Positions 1-13,300 of a DNA stretch of 64,000 nt are shown here, one piece after another (the stretch's first letter is position 1; each line of letters opens with the position of its first letter). This DNA comes from Phoronis australis (Eukaryota > Animalia > Phoronida). The stretch lies in assembly GCA_002633005.1 (NCBI GenBank), contig NMRA01000307.1, positions 457,361-521,360 of the forward strand, in the 5' to 3' direction. A model generated the notes under the pieces. It did not search any database. It worked only from the letters and a program-made list of their open reading frames with translations, and was not told the origin of the DNA. Both the position numbers and the translations under genes were made by a program.

Positions 1-70
1 TATGCTTTATTAATATATGGTTAAAACCGAGCTGAGGAGCTAGAAACCTGGCTCAAGGGTTTAGCAGTGT

Positions 71-143
71 GACCTGGTGGGACTTGAACCCACAACCTCG
101 AGTAAAGAAAGCGGGAACTTATCAACCAGGCCACACTGCCTCC
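71..143 (-). mobile_element. tRNA-derived SINE head (family A)
   Basis: The minus strand reads GGAGGCAGTGTGGCCTGGTTG (A-box-like) ... GGTTCAAGTCCC (B-box); similar to the copy at 10736. Confidence 0.6.
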
Positions 144-215
144 TCTTTTTGACACATAGGAAAGTTATGGATTCTTTTTGTGTTTGAAGATTTTTTCCGC
201 CAGCCCACGCCATAC

Positions 216-3200
216 CTTCATCTTCAGTGCCATCTTCATCATCATCATCATCATCACAGCTGTCTTCTGAAGATGACTCCAGATCACCCATTATCTCTTC
301 TTCTATCGCACTCATTCTCAAGTCTGCAATACATGAGTATTTGTTCACAGGTCACTTGAACTGTCAAGTTCAACCCTTGCCAACTAGACACAGGTAAATC
401 AATTTTCCTCTGAGCGAATTATGTTAATTTTAGCCAAGCAGCTAGCAGTACAAGTCTGAAAATCAAAATATAGCAAATCATGGTGAAAGGAAAATGGTGG
501 AACAGGCAAAATCCAATTTAAGGTCGCCTCCACTATTAATTGTCCTGTCACAACATAACTTACACCAAAACGTAGAATGCTCGATTGTTCGTAAGTTTTT
601 GTAAATGACACCTACACAAAAATTGCCAATTACCATTCGTGCATCACACTCTTGTCTTTGTAGCAAAGAAAAATTTATTGTCCACTTAAAGGCCCTACAG
701 CAGCAACTTTGCGAAATAAAAATTCACTTAGAAACTCATCACGAGTAATAACAAACTGCAACGATGGGATGACTTGTTGCTAAAATCGTCAATTAAGAAA
801 GTCATTGCATCAAAACCAATTCCAAAACAGTAAAATCAATTATGTGATCTCGCTGAAAATTGATGTAAATCAGAGGAGGTCACACGAAAATCTTTATATC
901 GTATTGCCAAAAAGTATAAAAAGTCATATATAAAGAGAAGTCATACATAAAGAGGGCAAAGCCTCCATCTGATATTGACTTTCATCTCGACTTTCATCCA
1001 GTCTCATTCTCAGAACGTCAACTAATGAGTCCTCTGCATGTCGTACCCGCCAATCATAACAAATAGCCTGGCCAGTAATCAGTGACATCACCCAAAGCTG
1101 AACCTCATATCGGATAGGTATTCCCATTAACCAATTCTGAAAACATCCCACTACTAATTTTTACTTAAAGAGCTTTCCAAATCTTAATATTGTTTATAAA
1201 GTGACCTCACTTAAAACAAACTGAGTTTTAAAAGTGACTAAAAACAACAAAATAAAGCATTGAAAAGACAGCTGGTTTTGGTCTGTTTTTTTTTGTTTTA
1301 TAAAATAAGACTTGGAAATGGGATTGTTTAGTTGCTCACATTTTCAAAAAGAAAACCTACCAGAGACCTCCAAAATTGATACAGGGTTTGTTTTTTGTGT
1401 TATTTTTACTCATCACTTGGCAAATCATAGTGTTTCAAACTTTGTTAACCCTTTTCTACGTGTTTTTGTGCAGCTATTCAAATATGAGTTGGGGCACTAA
1501 CTATGTTTTTTTGGAGAATTAGCACAATGCAATTGAACTCCATGGTGAAACACTGACTAGCTACTAAGACAGGGAAAGGGATTAGCCAAACACTCATGAA
1601 TCCAATGGCTTCATTCATCCTCTTTAAGAGTACAGCGTTCACTGCAAACGCAAAGTAGAAGAAATTTTTGTCTCATCAGAAAAAATACACTTTCAGAAGA
1701 CATGGACAGCTTTTCTGAAGATAAGCGAGGGGGCCCTGGTTGTGACTTTCATAGTATGCAACATGGGCAGCGAGGGGGTCCTGGTTGTGACTTTCATATT
1801 ATGCAGCATGGGCCACATAGGAGCAGGAGTAAGATTACAAATATCAGATTATGATCACATTGTTCTATTTCAATATTTGCCAACCCTGCCAACTGAGGGG
1901 TATACTCCTGATTTATTGTAATATTTAGCCACCCCCCTTGTCTTAAGAAAATCCCTAGACTCTAGATTTCTTTAAAAAAGCCTAGCTAAAACACCCCCCC
2001 CCCCTTCTAAGAAACAGGACCTTGGACACCTCCAAGTTGATTACGATACTCTCTTGACTTGCAGACACACTTGTCTGTCAGTATATACACAAGAGAAGGA
2101 ATGACTGGAACCTTTCCATTTTTGACAGTGCATGGTTGATAAGTATGTATAAATTATTAACGTTTGAACATCCAATACATTACACAGGTCTCCTTTCTAT
2201 GTAGACATTGCCACCGTCTCAAGAAGTAGTAGAGACGGTGGCCATACGCTGGAAGTTTTTTGGCGATTTATGCCCCACACTGATTAAACCACTATAGTAA
2301 CCTTGCTTTAAGCACCCTAGGATGCTACTGATGTCTCTAATTCTTTCCAAATCGAACAAATACTTCTGTAATCAAACTTTTTTTCTGAGCAGTCCTTCAT
2401 TCAGTTGCCCATAATTGGAAACTGGCCATTTTTAAACTGCTCACACTTTGGGATATGACGGTGTTTGATTACAGGAGTATCGTTTGATTTGGCAGGAAGG
2501 AATTCAAGACATCGACGACCTCTTAAGGTGTCCCTCTATGCGTAAAAGGTATTTATAACAATGTGACTTTGATGGTTTAATCAGTGCGAATCAAAATTCG
2601 CCGAAAAGCTTCATGCGTAAGAAGGGCCTATGGGTGGCCACTGTCTACTTATACTTTCTATGCATCCTCCTCTCCACGTGGTGGGCAGATGGTAGCCTTG
2701 GTACAAAGCTGTATAGTAAACATACAGCTTTGTGCCGCTGTGGGTAAAAAACTGGCCATATAAAATCTGACACAAAATTAATGTAAACTAAATTATTTAA
2801 TGATGCCAGAAAAAATGGCATTCTACCATTATTCTGCTGCTAAAGTTGTGAAGCGATCTTCTGCGTCGGCTTTCGGCGCCATGAAATATTGCGTTACCTA
2901 TTGGCCATTTTCTTGTTTTGCCCATTCTTCATTCAACTGTTCGTCTCCCACGAGGTTGCGTACATGTCACAACAAATTAGCATAACTGGTTTCATTTTGT
3001 TACAAGTTTTCAGTATTTTAATACCAGCAAACCGGACATCAGAACAAATTTTTCTGCTGCGAAGCTGTTAACATCTCCTGAGAGATGTCTCAAAATTTGT
3101 TGGAAATGGCACATGCGTGTGCCACGAGCGAACTGGTTTCAAAACGACAGACTTTTCTTTGTTACACAAGGCGGAAAATTACGCAAGAAAATGACGTTTA

Positions 3201-4094
3201 TTACATTAATGTTCTTCACTTAAATGGCTGTAACGGGCAAGGTGAGTGTCATTTGACTCCCAGATTATGCATGCACCCCCTCCGGTCTTGAGATCTACAT
3301 GTTGATACAGGTTTCACGGCAAGGTGATGAGCAGAACTATCCTGGCTAGGCAGATGGGTGACCTCCCCATCACACTTCTTCCACATGTTTCTGTTTGACC
3401 TCATGCACATTGAAAGCAAGGAAGGTCAACTGTTAATTTTATAAAAGAATGAAGGAACATAATCCAAAAGAAATGACGATTCTCCCAGTTAATTGGAGAG
3501 GAATATTTGATAGAGTTGGTAGCTCAGGAAACATACTAACAGACTCCCAGACAAGTATCTATTCTTGGAAGATACTTATAGCAACATGATTGTGATGACT
3601 TAGCCAGGGCAAGGCGTAATTAGCCAAAAAAGCCGTTCAGTGTACAGGACCAAATGGGATGGGCATCTGTGGACAATCTGACAACATAATTACATTCATG
3701 CATTCACTTTCCCGCAAGAAATCACCACATATCCAAAAATCATGGTCAAAATTGGTTTGTCTTAAATGATTTTCTGTACTCCAAAACACTGGAATCTACC
3801 CTGACCACGAAAAACCCTGACCACTTACACAGCTTATGTCCACACGATGGGGAGCGAATCTGAGACCCGAGCAAACGGAGGCAAATGCAAAATGGCAAAG
3901 CACACTAAATCTGAACCGGAAGGAGAATGGGCGAGCACATGCGAAATTCAATGTGCCATAAACATATATTTGATTACAATCCGTGTGTTTATGCTGATAA
4001 GAGCATACACATAGGACATACTCACGCAAAATTGTTGTAATTCTGCCGAGGGTGAAGAAACCAAATCTTCCAACCGGATTATCACTAGCTCCAT
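216..4094 (-). CDS. Unidentified gene, 5' part, divergent from CEPT1; putative exons 4094-4026, 1136-947, 323-216; continues off the left edge
   Basis: Three GT-AG bounded segments with compatible phases (0, 1): ATG...TGC|gtgagt; ttttcag|AAT...TTA T|gtatga; ttgcag|AC...GAA G|gtatgg. The joined frame is open: MELVIIRLEDLVSSPSAELQQFC-NWLMGIPIRYEVQLWVMSLITGQAICYDWRV...EALPSL-YLRMSAIEEEIMGDLESSSEDSCDDDDDDEDGTEDE. No homologue recognised; extra exons between 1137 and 4025 are possible. Confidence 0.55.
1724..1813. repeat. ~45-bp direct duplication (2 copies)
   Basis: agcgagggggccctggttgtgactttcatagtatgcaacatgggc is followed by a near-identical copy. Confidence 0.8.
2201..2648. mobile_element. Palindromic (foldback) MITE, copy 1
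   Basis: Long imperfect inverted arms (e.g. aaatacttctgtaatcaaac / gtttgattacaggagtat; cactgattaaacc / ggtttaatcagtg); shares aaggtgtccctctatg and the terminal ...cactgtcta with 4721-5136. Confidence 0.7.
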
Positions 4095-4399
4095 TGAAAT
4101 TTTTCCCACTCAATTTTTAAATGTATAATTTTCCTCATTATGCTCTCAAAAGTAAAAGTGCACGTAAAAATTAAGTCTCTTTTGAAATTAATTTTTAATG
4201 TTCACTAAAAGTAAACTCCAACGCAATATTCAGTAATGCGAAACTAAATAATTACAAAAGTAACTTACTGTCTGTCACGTGATTTAAGAACAGATTGCAC
4301 TTTGACCTAAATCAGTTGCTGTACGGAACTCTCGCCGAACAATCTGTTTTTGTTTTCTATTTCTCGCTATCCTGTTCTTCTATTGGCAAACTAAAGGAA
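4095..4399. promoter_or_regulatory. Putative bidirectional promoter between the unidentified gene and CEPT1
   Basis: Start codons ~306 bp apart on opposite strands; contains a GTCACGTGAT E-box (USF/TFE type) at ~4274-4283. Confidence 0.45.
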
Positions 4400-7300
4400 A
4401 TGCAGAATATTTTGTCCCCCGCACAGCTGAAGAAGTTACAAGATCACAAATACAGCGCACAAGGTTCTTCGTTACTGGAGCCGGGATTTCAAGTTTTCTG
4501 GAGATGGCTCGTCGAACAAATGCCGTTGTGGGTTGCTCCGAATCTGCTTACGCTAATCGGACTAATTGTAAATATATCAACCTCGCTCCTTGTATTTTAT
4601 AATTCACCGGATGCGAAGAACGAAGTAAGTTTGTTGCTTCGAAGTGAGAAGTTGATTTTAGAGTGTCTTCCTCTTAATTTGTAATTACTGTGTCGCTACG
4701 TGTCACTCTAGAAGATCGGCTTAGACGGTAACTACCGTCTCTAGCTGACACCAGTAGAAACGGTGCTCTTTTTCTTCGAAAAGTCGTTCGTTCAGTTGCC
4801 GAAAACGGCAACTGGACATTTGTAACATTGCACGTGTTCCCAGCAGGCTTGGTAAAGACAAGAACGCGCGCAGTGTAAAAATAGCCACTTGCCGATTTGG
4901 GAAATTGAACGTTGGAATGCTTGAAGAAAATTTTTGTTACGGGAGTATTTGTTCTAGTTGGAAGGTATTAAAGACACCCACGGCCTCCTAAGGTGTCCCT
5001 CTATGGGCCAAAGGTAATTATAACAACATGGCTAATCAGTGTGAGGCACAATTTGTTGAAAAGCTTTCGGCATGGGAGTTCCTATTGGAGCTTCACCGTC
5101 TACTGGGGCCAGCTTGAGATGGTGGTCACTGTCTAACCTTGGCTGTGAGTGAAAGTGCTTTTTTCTTAAGTAACCTAAGTAGTTTTTGTTGGCCAACCAA
5201 CCTTGGAATGTATGCTACTGCTGCATGTGTATTTTGCCAACTGAAAGTTTAAGTGTTACAAAGCCTAACTTTGAATTTAGTCGGAATTACTATACATTTG
5301 TTCTTTTCTGATGTTTTTATTCCTAAACTCTCGGTTAAGTTAATTCATCCTGTCACCAGTATGGTTTACTCGACATATTCTAAAAGTCTGTTGCCAGTGA
5401 CACTGCTGATCTGACAATGTCAGGACTTGTTACCTAACCTGATTACTTAGCAGTGTGTCTCTGTGGTCTGAGCTCCGGACTCCCGTTTGGGAGAACTTGG
5501 TTCGAATCCTGGCTTTACTGGCAGACAATTGAGCATTGCACAAAAGTGTCTCCTACTCCTCTGACCTCTGTCTTACTAGTGAGTGAATGAATATATGTAA
5601 GGGGATGAATGAGAACCACTTTGGAATACTTGACTTTGAGTGTGAAGTGTAAAGAAGAGAAAGAAAAAAGAAAATTTTGATGTACTCATTGCTTTTTCTT
5701 GAATTTTTTTGTATGTTTGTACGCATGCTATGCATTGCAGTTGCAACTACTACATCAAGTTTATTCACTGACAACATTATCTCCAAAAAATGCTTGATGA
5801 CTATTGTCTTTTATTGCAATTAGACACTAGATTGTTTTGGGAAGGCTATTTTGTTAATTTTTGCTTTGTCTTATCAAAAAATTCTTCTAAACTTTGTTAT
5901 TTAGATAGATCTCTGATATGTATTTCCAGGTTTCTGCTACCACCATTCCCCAGTTATTCATGTTTTTCTGACGACTGCTCTTTTAATGTCTGATCATTCC
6001 TTGCTTTTCTGTCAACTGATCCCAGTTGTATGAATCTTTGTTTTTATCAGTTTTATCATTAATGTTTTATCATGACAAGGACAAAAATGGCGATCTTGAT
6101 ATTTATGTTTTTGTTTGCACCATCACTGATGTCGGCAATATCGTCATCCTAAGCCTCCTCAGTGTCGGAGATCATGTGGCGTGATTATCTTCTCACTTGT
6201 TAGTTGTGATTTTTGTTGTCCAATGAGTGTGATTTTGTGAACATTGCCCGTGTGTCGGCTTTATCATCAGCGTTGATGACACACTTCAATCATGTTGTCA
6301 GTGTTACTGGTGGTATTGTCACTGTTTACCATCGTTAGCATTGTCGAGGTCGTGCTGTACATCATCTTTTGTACCATTGGTGTTGTCATCTTTGATGTCA
6401 TTCTCTCCATCGTTATTCTCGTATTTTCTTTTGATTTCACTCATCAGAACACTTTCACAGAAGTTGTTATTGTACTAGACGAAGCTTTGTTTCGTAAACT
6501 TCGACTGCATTCTCAATTATTTTGGAATTGAGGTTTTCTTGATCTCTTAAAATTGAAACTGACCTGAAAATTCAATTGAGGCAAGAATTTCCCACTAAGT
6601 AGCATCGTGCGAAATAAGTGAGGTACAAAATATTGTTTCAAAATAACTTTTGATGTGTGAAATGAGGTGTGTGTGCTAAATAAGTGGAAGATTACCGTAA
6701 TCAACTGCGCCAGTTCATTTCAGTATCATGTGATTAAAGGTTGTTTTCATTTCTGCCATTGAAAAATACAGTAAGGCATGTCCACTATAATTATGAAGTT
6801 CCGTATCTGCATTTGAAGCAAATGTTAGTAGGTTCCCTCGTTGACTGGACACTAGGGCTTGAATGAGATGTCAGAAGTCTCCACTAATTTACTTTTTTGT
6901 CAGAGTTGAAGGTTTTAAGAGAGTGTTATCACTATGACTGTTTATGGTGTAAATTTTTAGGGCAATTCCGTGAAAAGGTCAACCTTGAGACAAAAAAATT
7001 AAAATTGTGACTACACTAACATTTTTGGTCTCATTTGAAAGCCCATTCCCTCTAGTTTCAGGACCCATATTTGACTGTCCTATAACTTTCAATTTTATGC
7101 CTAAATGGACCCATTTTCGGGGGTCACCAAACCCAAAAAAATTAGCTTGATTTTCATGTGAATTGCTAATTTTTGTCATAAAAAAGCTAATTATGGGTAT
7201 TTCACTATACTGTCTAATTCGTGCGATCACATGAACCCTAAACTTTATAAAAAATAACATTTCAACTTTGGCACGTCATTGACCTCTTGGGGTCAAAGGT

Positions 7301-10300
7301 CAAATCCTCGATATCATGGTGCCGTACCTCCATCACAAAAAAGTGTTAAAAAGTTTAGTTACTCTAAAAGTTTTCAATCAAAATTAAAATTATTTCAGAT
7401 TCTCTTTTAACTTGTTACTCAATACTATTGACCAAAACTTTAGATCCCAGGGATAATTCGTTAAGTCAGAAATTGCGTGACAGACATACAGCAAATTTGT
7501 ACGTCCGTCATGTACATCCGTCACACCCTTGAAATAAACAATTTTACAGCAAATAAAAGTAACCTTAGGTCATATTTATACTTTCTAAACTTGCAGAAGT
7601 TAAAATGTATCACACCTAAGAAATTTAAAGCAACACAATATTACAAAGGCAGCTTTAAAATTATGTGAATAAGTTGCTACAGATTTAAACTAAATGCATT
7701 GAATTTTTTCAATTTCAAAAGTATTTGCAGAAACGTTATAGTTTGCAATGTCATCTAGTTAATCTTAGTAGAATTCAACTTATTAAAATCAGACAGTTGG
7801 CCCACATTATAAAATGTAAATAAAACAAAATGCTAATTTAATGAACTTATTGTTTATCTGTTGTTACCCCGTGTTTCTAAAGAAATGCTTAGCTTTTGGG
7901 AAATTCAAGATGCAAAAAATATTCATACAAAAGAATTCCCAAGGTGCTCTAGAGTATAAATAACAAGAGACCTAAAGGATTACATGTCAAGTTGCTACTG
8001 CGGTGGAATCAACATGTTATTTCTGCTCTGACCTGCTATGCTGTGTTGGGTGTTGGAAAAGCCTATACTGGGCATTTTTAAGCAGTAAGAAACTTTCACC
8101 TACTTTATTGGGCATTTTTGTCACAGCCTCACTGATTGTATTCATCCCTTTGTGTTTTTCAGTGTATTTCGTCATTGGGTGGTGTGTATGTAATAATTCA
8201 AAGCAAATTATTACATTGTCTCATCTTACGTATTTTTGATCCCTCAATCTTTTAAAGAATTAGACTATTTTTTTCTGCTGAGCTTCCAGGAGATTAAATC
8301 GGTGTTTAGAAAAAAAGAGGAAATTGTTGGAGACCACTGAAAGAACAGCTGATGCAAGTGGGAGAAGAATAAATACCTGTCCGAATAATCTTTGAAACTC
8401 AAAAAAATGCCATCATGGATCAAGAAATTCATAAATGTACTTGTGTGTACTGTGATGTCCAGAGAATAATTATATGCAAGCTTAGGGCGAGTTCTAATTT
8501 AAAAAAGCAATTTATTAAAATGTGTTTTTATGACAGTGGTTAGTAATGTTTTAAAATTTTATTTCAGATTTTATATTTTGACAGTCACATTTACTTATTA
8601 GTTTTGAATTATCATTCTATTTAACACATAAAAACAGGTTTTCCTAGTAACTAGTAGTTGTAAATACAAAATGATTATCATTCTCATTTCCACCAAAATG
8701 GCTCACCATCTTCAAAGGGAAGTAAGATTTTAGTTGATTGTTTTATATCTTTAATCAAATGTATTGAAAAGTTAAAATCCTGAAGTATATTCCTAGCATA
8801 GGCTTACCTGTGATGATTTCGTATGAAAGGCCATTCGATACATTTTCATTAAAAAACATTGAAATAGTAGCAAAAGACCAATAAAGCTTAAATACTGCAA
8901 AAGCTTGAATCATTTTTTAACTTAAAAGTTGATATCTTAGAAATTCAGACGGTACGTCCATCACGTACGTCCGTCACACTGACTCAACTTCTATCGAGCT
9001 GTCTGACAAAAAATTCTTGAAAGATATCATCAAAAAATTAGTGTTGCATACTTTGTAAACATTCCACTATAACATCATGTAAAACAAAAAATTGTACCTT
9101 AATGCAACTCACAGAAAATTCACGTTAAAAAAAATTTTTTTTTTAAATTCAAATTCTCTGCGTACGTCGGTCACATACCTTTAAAAGCAATTTTCTCAGT
9201 AAGATCAAAAGATAGGGGAAAAGTTGATACATGCTTTGAAAGCTATCAGTGAGACCTATTAAGTGATGTATTAATTATTTTCCAAGGATGAACATTTTTT
9301 CACAACTGATCAAAATGTTCTGTGATTGTATGTCCGTCACAAATGGAATTGCCCTTTAAATAAAATATTTGAAAGATTGCGCATGCACACCACTTGTAAA
9401 TAAACTGCCATCTTGGGTGGCCATCTTGGGCTGATTACAAACAGTATCACTACTAGTAACTGATCAGAATGGCACTAAAACTTAGTTGGTTAGCTGACTT
9501 CAGATGAATAACAGTAGAACAGTAATTTTATAACAATTTTAAATCATGGAAGACTAGTTCTCAATGACATTAATTTCATGCCAGATTTTATTTTGCCATT
9601 GTTTACCTGAGGGAGTGCAAACCAGTATTTATACAGCTTTGCAGAAAGGCTGCTGTTGTGTGTGAAACATGAGAACTAATAAGGGCTTATGTTTTCTTTG
9701 TACTTCCAATTCTTAGTCTAATTCACTGCAAATCCCCAGGATATGGACAAATAGAATCTTTTGGTGACCAGTTCATTAATTCGTTTAAAAACCACTATGA
9801 AAGGTTTAGTGCAGACAAAGATGGTAACCCTAAAATCTTTGGTGTAGATTTTGACATTGTTTACATTTTTGTCGAGGTTGTGGGGGGACACTACACTGAG
9901 CTGGAACTCCTGATTGTGTGACCATAAGTTGACCTCTAGTGGGGTCAGGTTGCCCTTGGTGGTCACATGACCTGGAGTTCACACTCAGTGCTTCGTTGAA
10001 GTTTCAAAGAAGAACTACTAGTGATAAGCTTGGCTTTTTAAAAAAACTACTAATAAGACTGGCGTGCTATTTTGTAACTGACGAATCATCACATCAATTC
10101 TAAGTCTTTTAGATCATGTCATGCATTGGTGGTTCTGATCTCTGTCTTTTTTGAAAATGGAATGGTGTGATATTCTTCTAGTTGCTCATGTCAGCAAAAA
10201 GAGAAATCTGAGACAAGCAAACTTATGCGGATTTACTTTTTCTCTCATTGCTCTGCAAAATCATGGTGTTTCAAACTTTGCTTAACCCTTTCTCACATGC

Positions 10301-13300
10301 CTTCGTGTAGCTTTTCAAAATATGGAAAGTCAAGTATTAACTATTATTTCCGTTGATACTCTATTACTTCAGATACCTCCCTGGGTAAATCTCTCCTGCG
10401 CTCTGGGATTATTTATCTACCAGTGCCTAGATGCAATAGATGGAAAGCAAGCTCGTCGCACCAACAGTAGTTCACCTTTAGGTGAACTCTTTGATCATGG
10501 TTGTGACTCTGTCTCCACAGGTAGGCCCCATCTCTGTTATAACCTCACATTATAGAAATTACAGGACAAAATGGTAGTCCTCTCTTGCAGCCTTTCATAA
10601 ATGGTAAAATAACTATTTTGTCTGAAGTATTAACGTATTTACTGATCTGCATCAAGATTAATCAATACAGTGAGATTTATTGGCACTTCTCAGACTCTAT
10701 TGCCAAAAAGCACAAAATACCTTCATACACCAAAAGGAGGTAGTGTGGCCTATTGAGTTGAGTGGTCACCTCCTGGTATCGAGGTCATGGGTTCAAATCC
10801 CACTGGGCCCCATTGCTAAATCCTTCATGTCATGGGCCCAGCTGAGCGGCCTGCACACAGTGATGCAATGGGCCCAGCTAGGCGGCCTGCACACAACTGA
10901 TGCAATGTTTATCCGAACCTCTGCACTATTTTTTTGTCCACCAAAGGAAAGAAGTGCTCTGGAATGAATCCTGCATAATTAGAAATCAAGTGTACTTTAC
11001 ATGTTAGCTTGTGTTTATTTTCATGTTTTCCTCTTTCAGTCATGGTGGTCTTGGCGACATGCTGTGCTGTGCGTCTTGGCACGTCCGTGGAGATCCTGTT
11101 TTATATGAGCTTCTTTGGTGGTTTCATGTTTTACAATGCTCACTGGACCACTTATTGTACTGGTACACTGCAGTTTGGCTGGTAAGTTGAGTGTTAAATG
11201 TAGGCATTTAAATAGTGGCATCAACAATGCATCATATTATATTGCAACTACACATTGAAATCAAGGCTTGTGTCTTTACCGTTTAAATATTACAGTTACT
11301 CTGCTGTTTAATGCTTGGGATTTGGCTCTACAGCAGAGCATTTGACTGCTTCTGCCAGAGTCAGAGACTTCAATTCCTTTGGCTCATTTCTCTAAAATTT
11401 CTGTTCTCACCAAGAAGTCCCTTTAAGCCAAAATTGTTTTTGGAACAAATGCATTATTTTGGACCGTCATAGGTACATGGTGCTCAACGCATTGGTTGTC
11501 CAAAACTGTAGCATCAAGTCTGCATGGCTGTTTATATTGCCCTTCACTTCCAGGATCGATGTTACTGAAAGCCAGGTTGGGAGTATGGTGTGTTTCATAC
11601 TTTCGGCCTTTTTATCACCGTCGTTTTGGGATGCAGAGGTAGGTTCTTTGTTAGAAATTCACAGTTTGAACATTTCAGAACTAATGTTTGACACATGGCT
11701 GTGATTATTTGGGTTGATGCAAGTGATAGCTCCAGTTGGTCTTTAGAGTAACTCATCTCGTTCAAGAACTAAAACATGAACGTAGGCATTATATGAGAAT
11801 TATTAGTCTTCTTACAAGCCATATGTTGGTCACATCACGTGACCTTAAACGACCTCTGTTGCAATCGAGGCTCGAACCTGGGACTTAGTGCTAACTGTAC
11901 AGACGCTGTAGTATACTGAGCTACCAGGACCATCGGTCGATTACAGAAACCCCATCAGACTTAAAAGGAAGTATTGTATCCAAACTTGGCAATGATTTAC
12001 TGTTATCAGTGAGCCTTCATATGGTATACATAGTCTTCGTAAATGCCATATCACATGACTTATAGTTAAAGCTGAAAACATCCGGACTGGTATTCAAACT
12101 CGGGGCTTTTTGATAACCGTGCAGACGGTCTAGTTCACTGATCTATAGGGAGCTCCTGACCAAAAATAAAATCATATTTTAATAGAAAGCATTTTACCCA
12201 AATCAAAGCCACGCACTGGTTATAGCATCACATAATTATATATAGTTTGTTTTTCAAATGTTAAATGTATTCAGAGCACAAGTAAAGCAGTTTAATAGCA
12301 TGGAGGCTTTTTAAAGGGTATTAAAAGGGTCTCATGTGATTACTGGGTCTCGTGTGGTTACAGGGTCTCATGTGGTTACTGGGTCTCATAGTTACAGGGT
12401 CTCATGTGATTACTGGGATTCACGTGGTTACAGGGTCTCACGTGATTACAGGGTCTCACGTGATTACAGGGTCTCACGTGATTACAGGGTCTCATGTGGT
12501 TACATGGTCTCATGTGGTTACAGGGTCTCATGTGATTACAGGATCTCATGTGATTACAGGGTCTCATGTGATTACAGGGTCTCATGTGGTTACAGGGTCT
12601 CATGTGATTACAGGGTCTCATGTGGTTACAGGGTCTCATGTGATTACAGGGTCTCATGTGGTTACAGGGTCTCATGTGATTACAGGGTCTCATGTGGTTA
12701 CAGGGTCTCATGTGATTACAGGGTCTCATGTGGTTACAGGGTCTCATGTGGTTAAAGGGTCTCATGTTGTTACTGGGTCTCACTTGATTACATGGTCTCA
12801 CGTAATTACTGGGTCTCATGTGATTACTGGGTCTCGTGTGGTTACAGGGTCTCATGTGATTACTGGGTCTCATGTGATTACTGGGTTTCATTTGGTTACT
12901 GGAATGTGTCCTCACTAGCGCCACCCTGTGATATTCAGGTTGCTCATACTACCAGTCTCCTCCTAGTTGACAGGTGACTTAAGACCTTTAACCCAGACAT
13001 TTGGTCATACGCTCGACACAACTATTTCTGAAAATACTTAAATATTATTTGAGTAAAAATGCAAAGTCTTTGAAAATATACATGTACTAGTTATTGAAAT
13101 AGTTTCTGTAAATTATTTCTTGATTGTGATACACTAATAATTACTGTGTTAAACCTTCATTGTGAAGTGGAAGGGTAAGATCAAGTTTCTGTTGTAAGTC
13201 TTTTTCATGAAATAGACCACATAGTATTGATGGTCAGATTATGTAGTAGTTTGTTAGACCTGTTCTCAAACTAGACCCTTGGCAAAGAATGAATTTCAGA

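Noticed and set aside
5449-5512. tRNA gene candidates (also 71-143, 10736-10810, 11860-12157)
   Set aside because: A/B boxes are present but there is no intact cloverleaf, and downstream sequence is shared between copies, so they are SINE heads.
6292-6531. Hydrophobic 79-aa ORF resembling a membrane protein
   Set aside because: It lies in a degenerate (ATC/GTT)-type low-complexity tract in CEPT1 intron 1; the CEPT1 model is complete without it.
12336-12977. Long repetitive ORFs (YRVSCD / TGSHV / RPCNHM)
   Set aside because: By-products of an 18-bp intronic minisatellite that is open in several frames on both strands.
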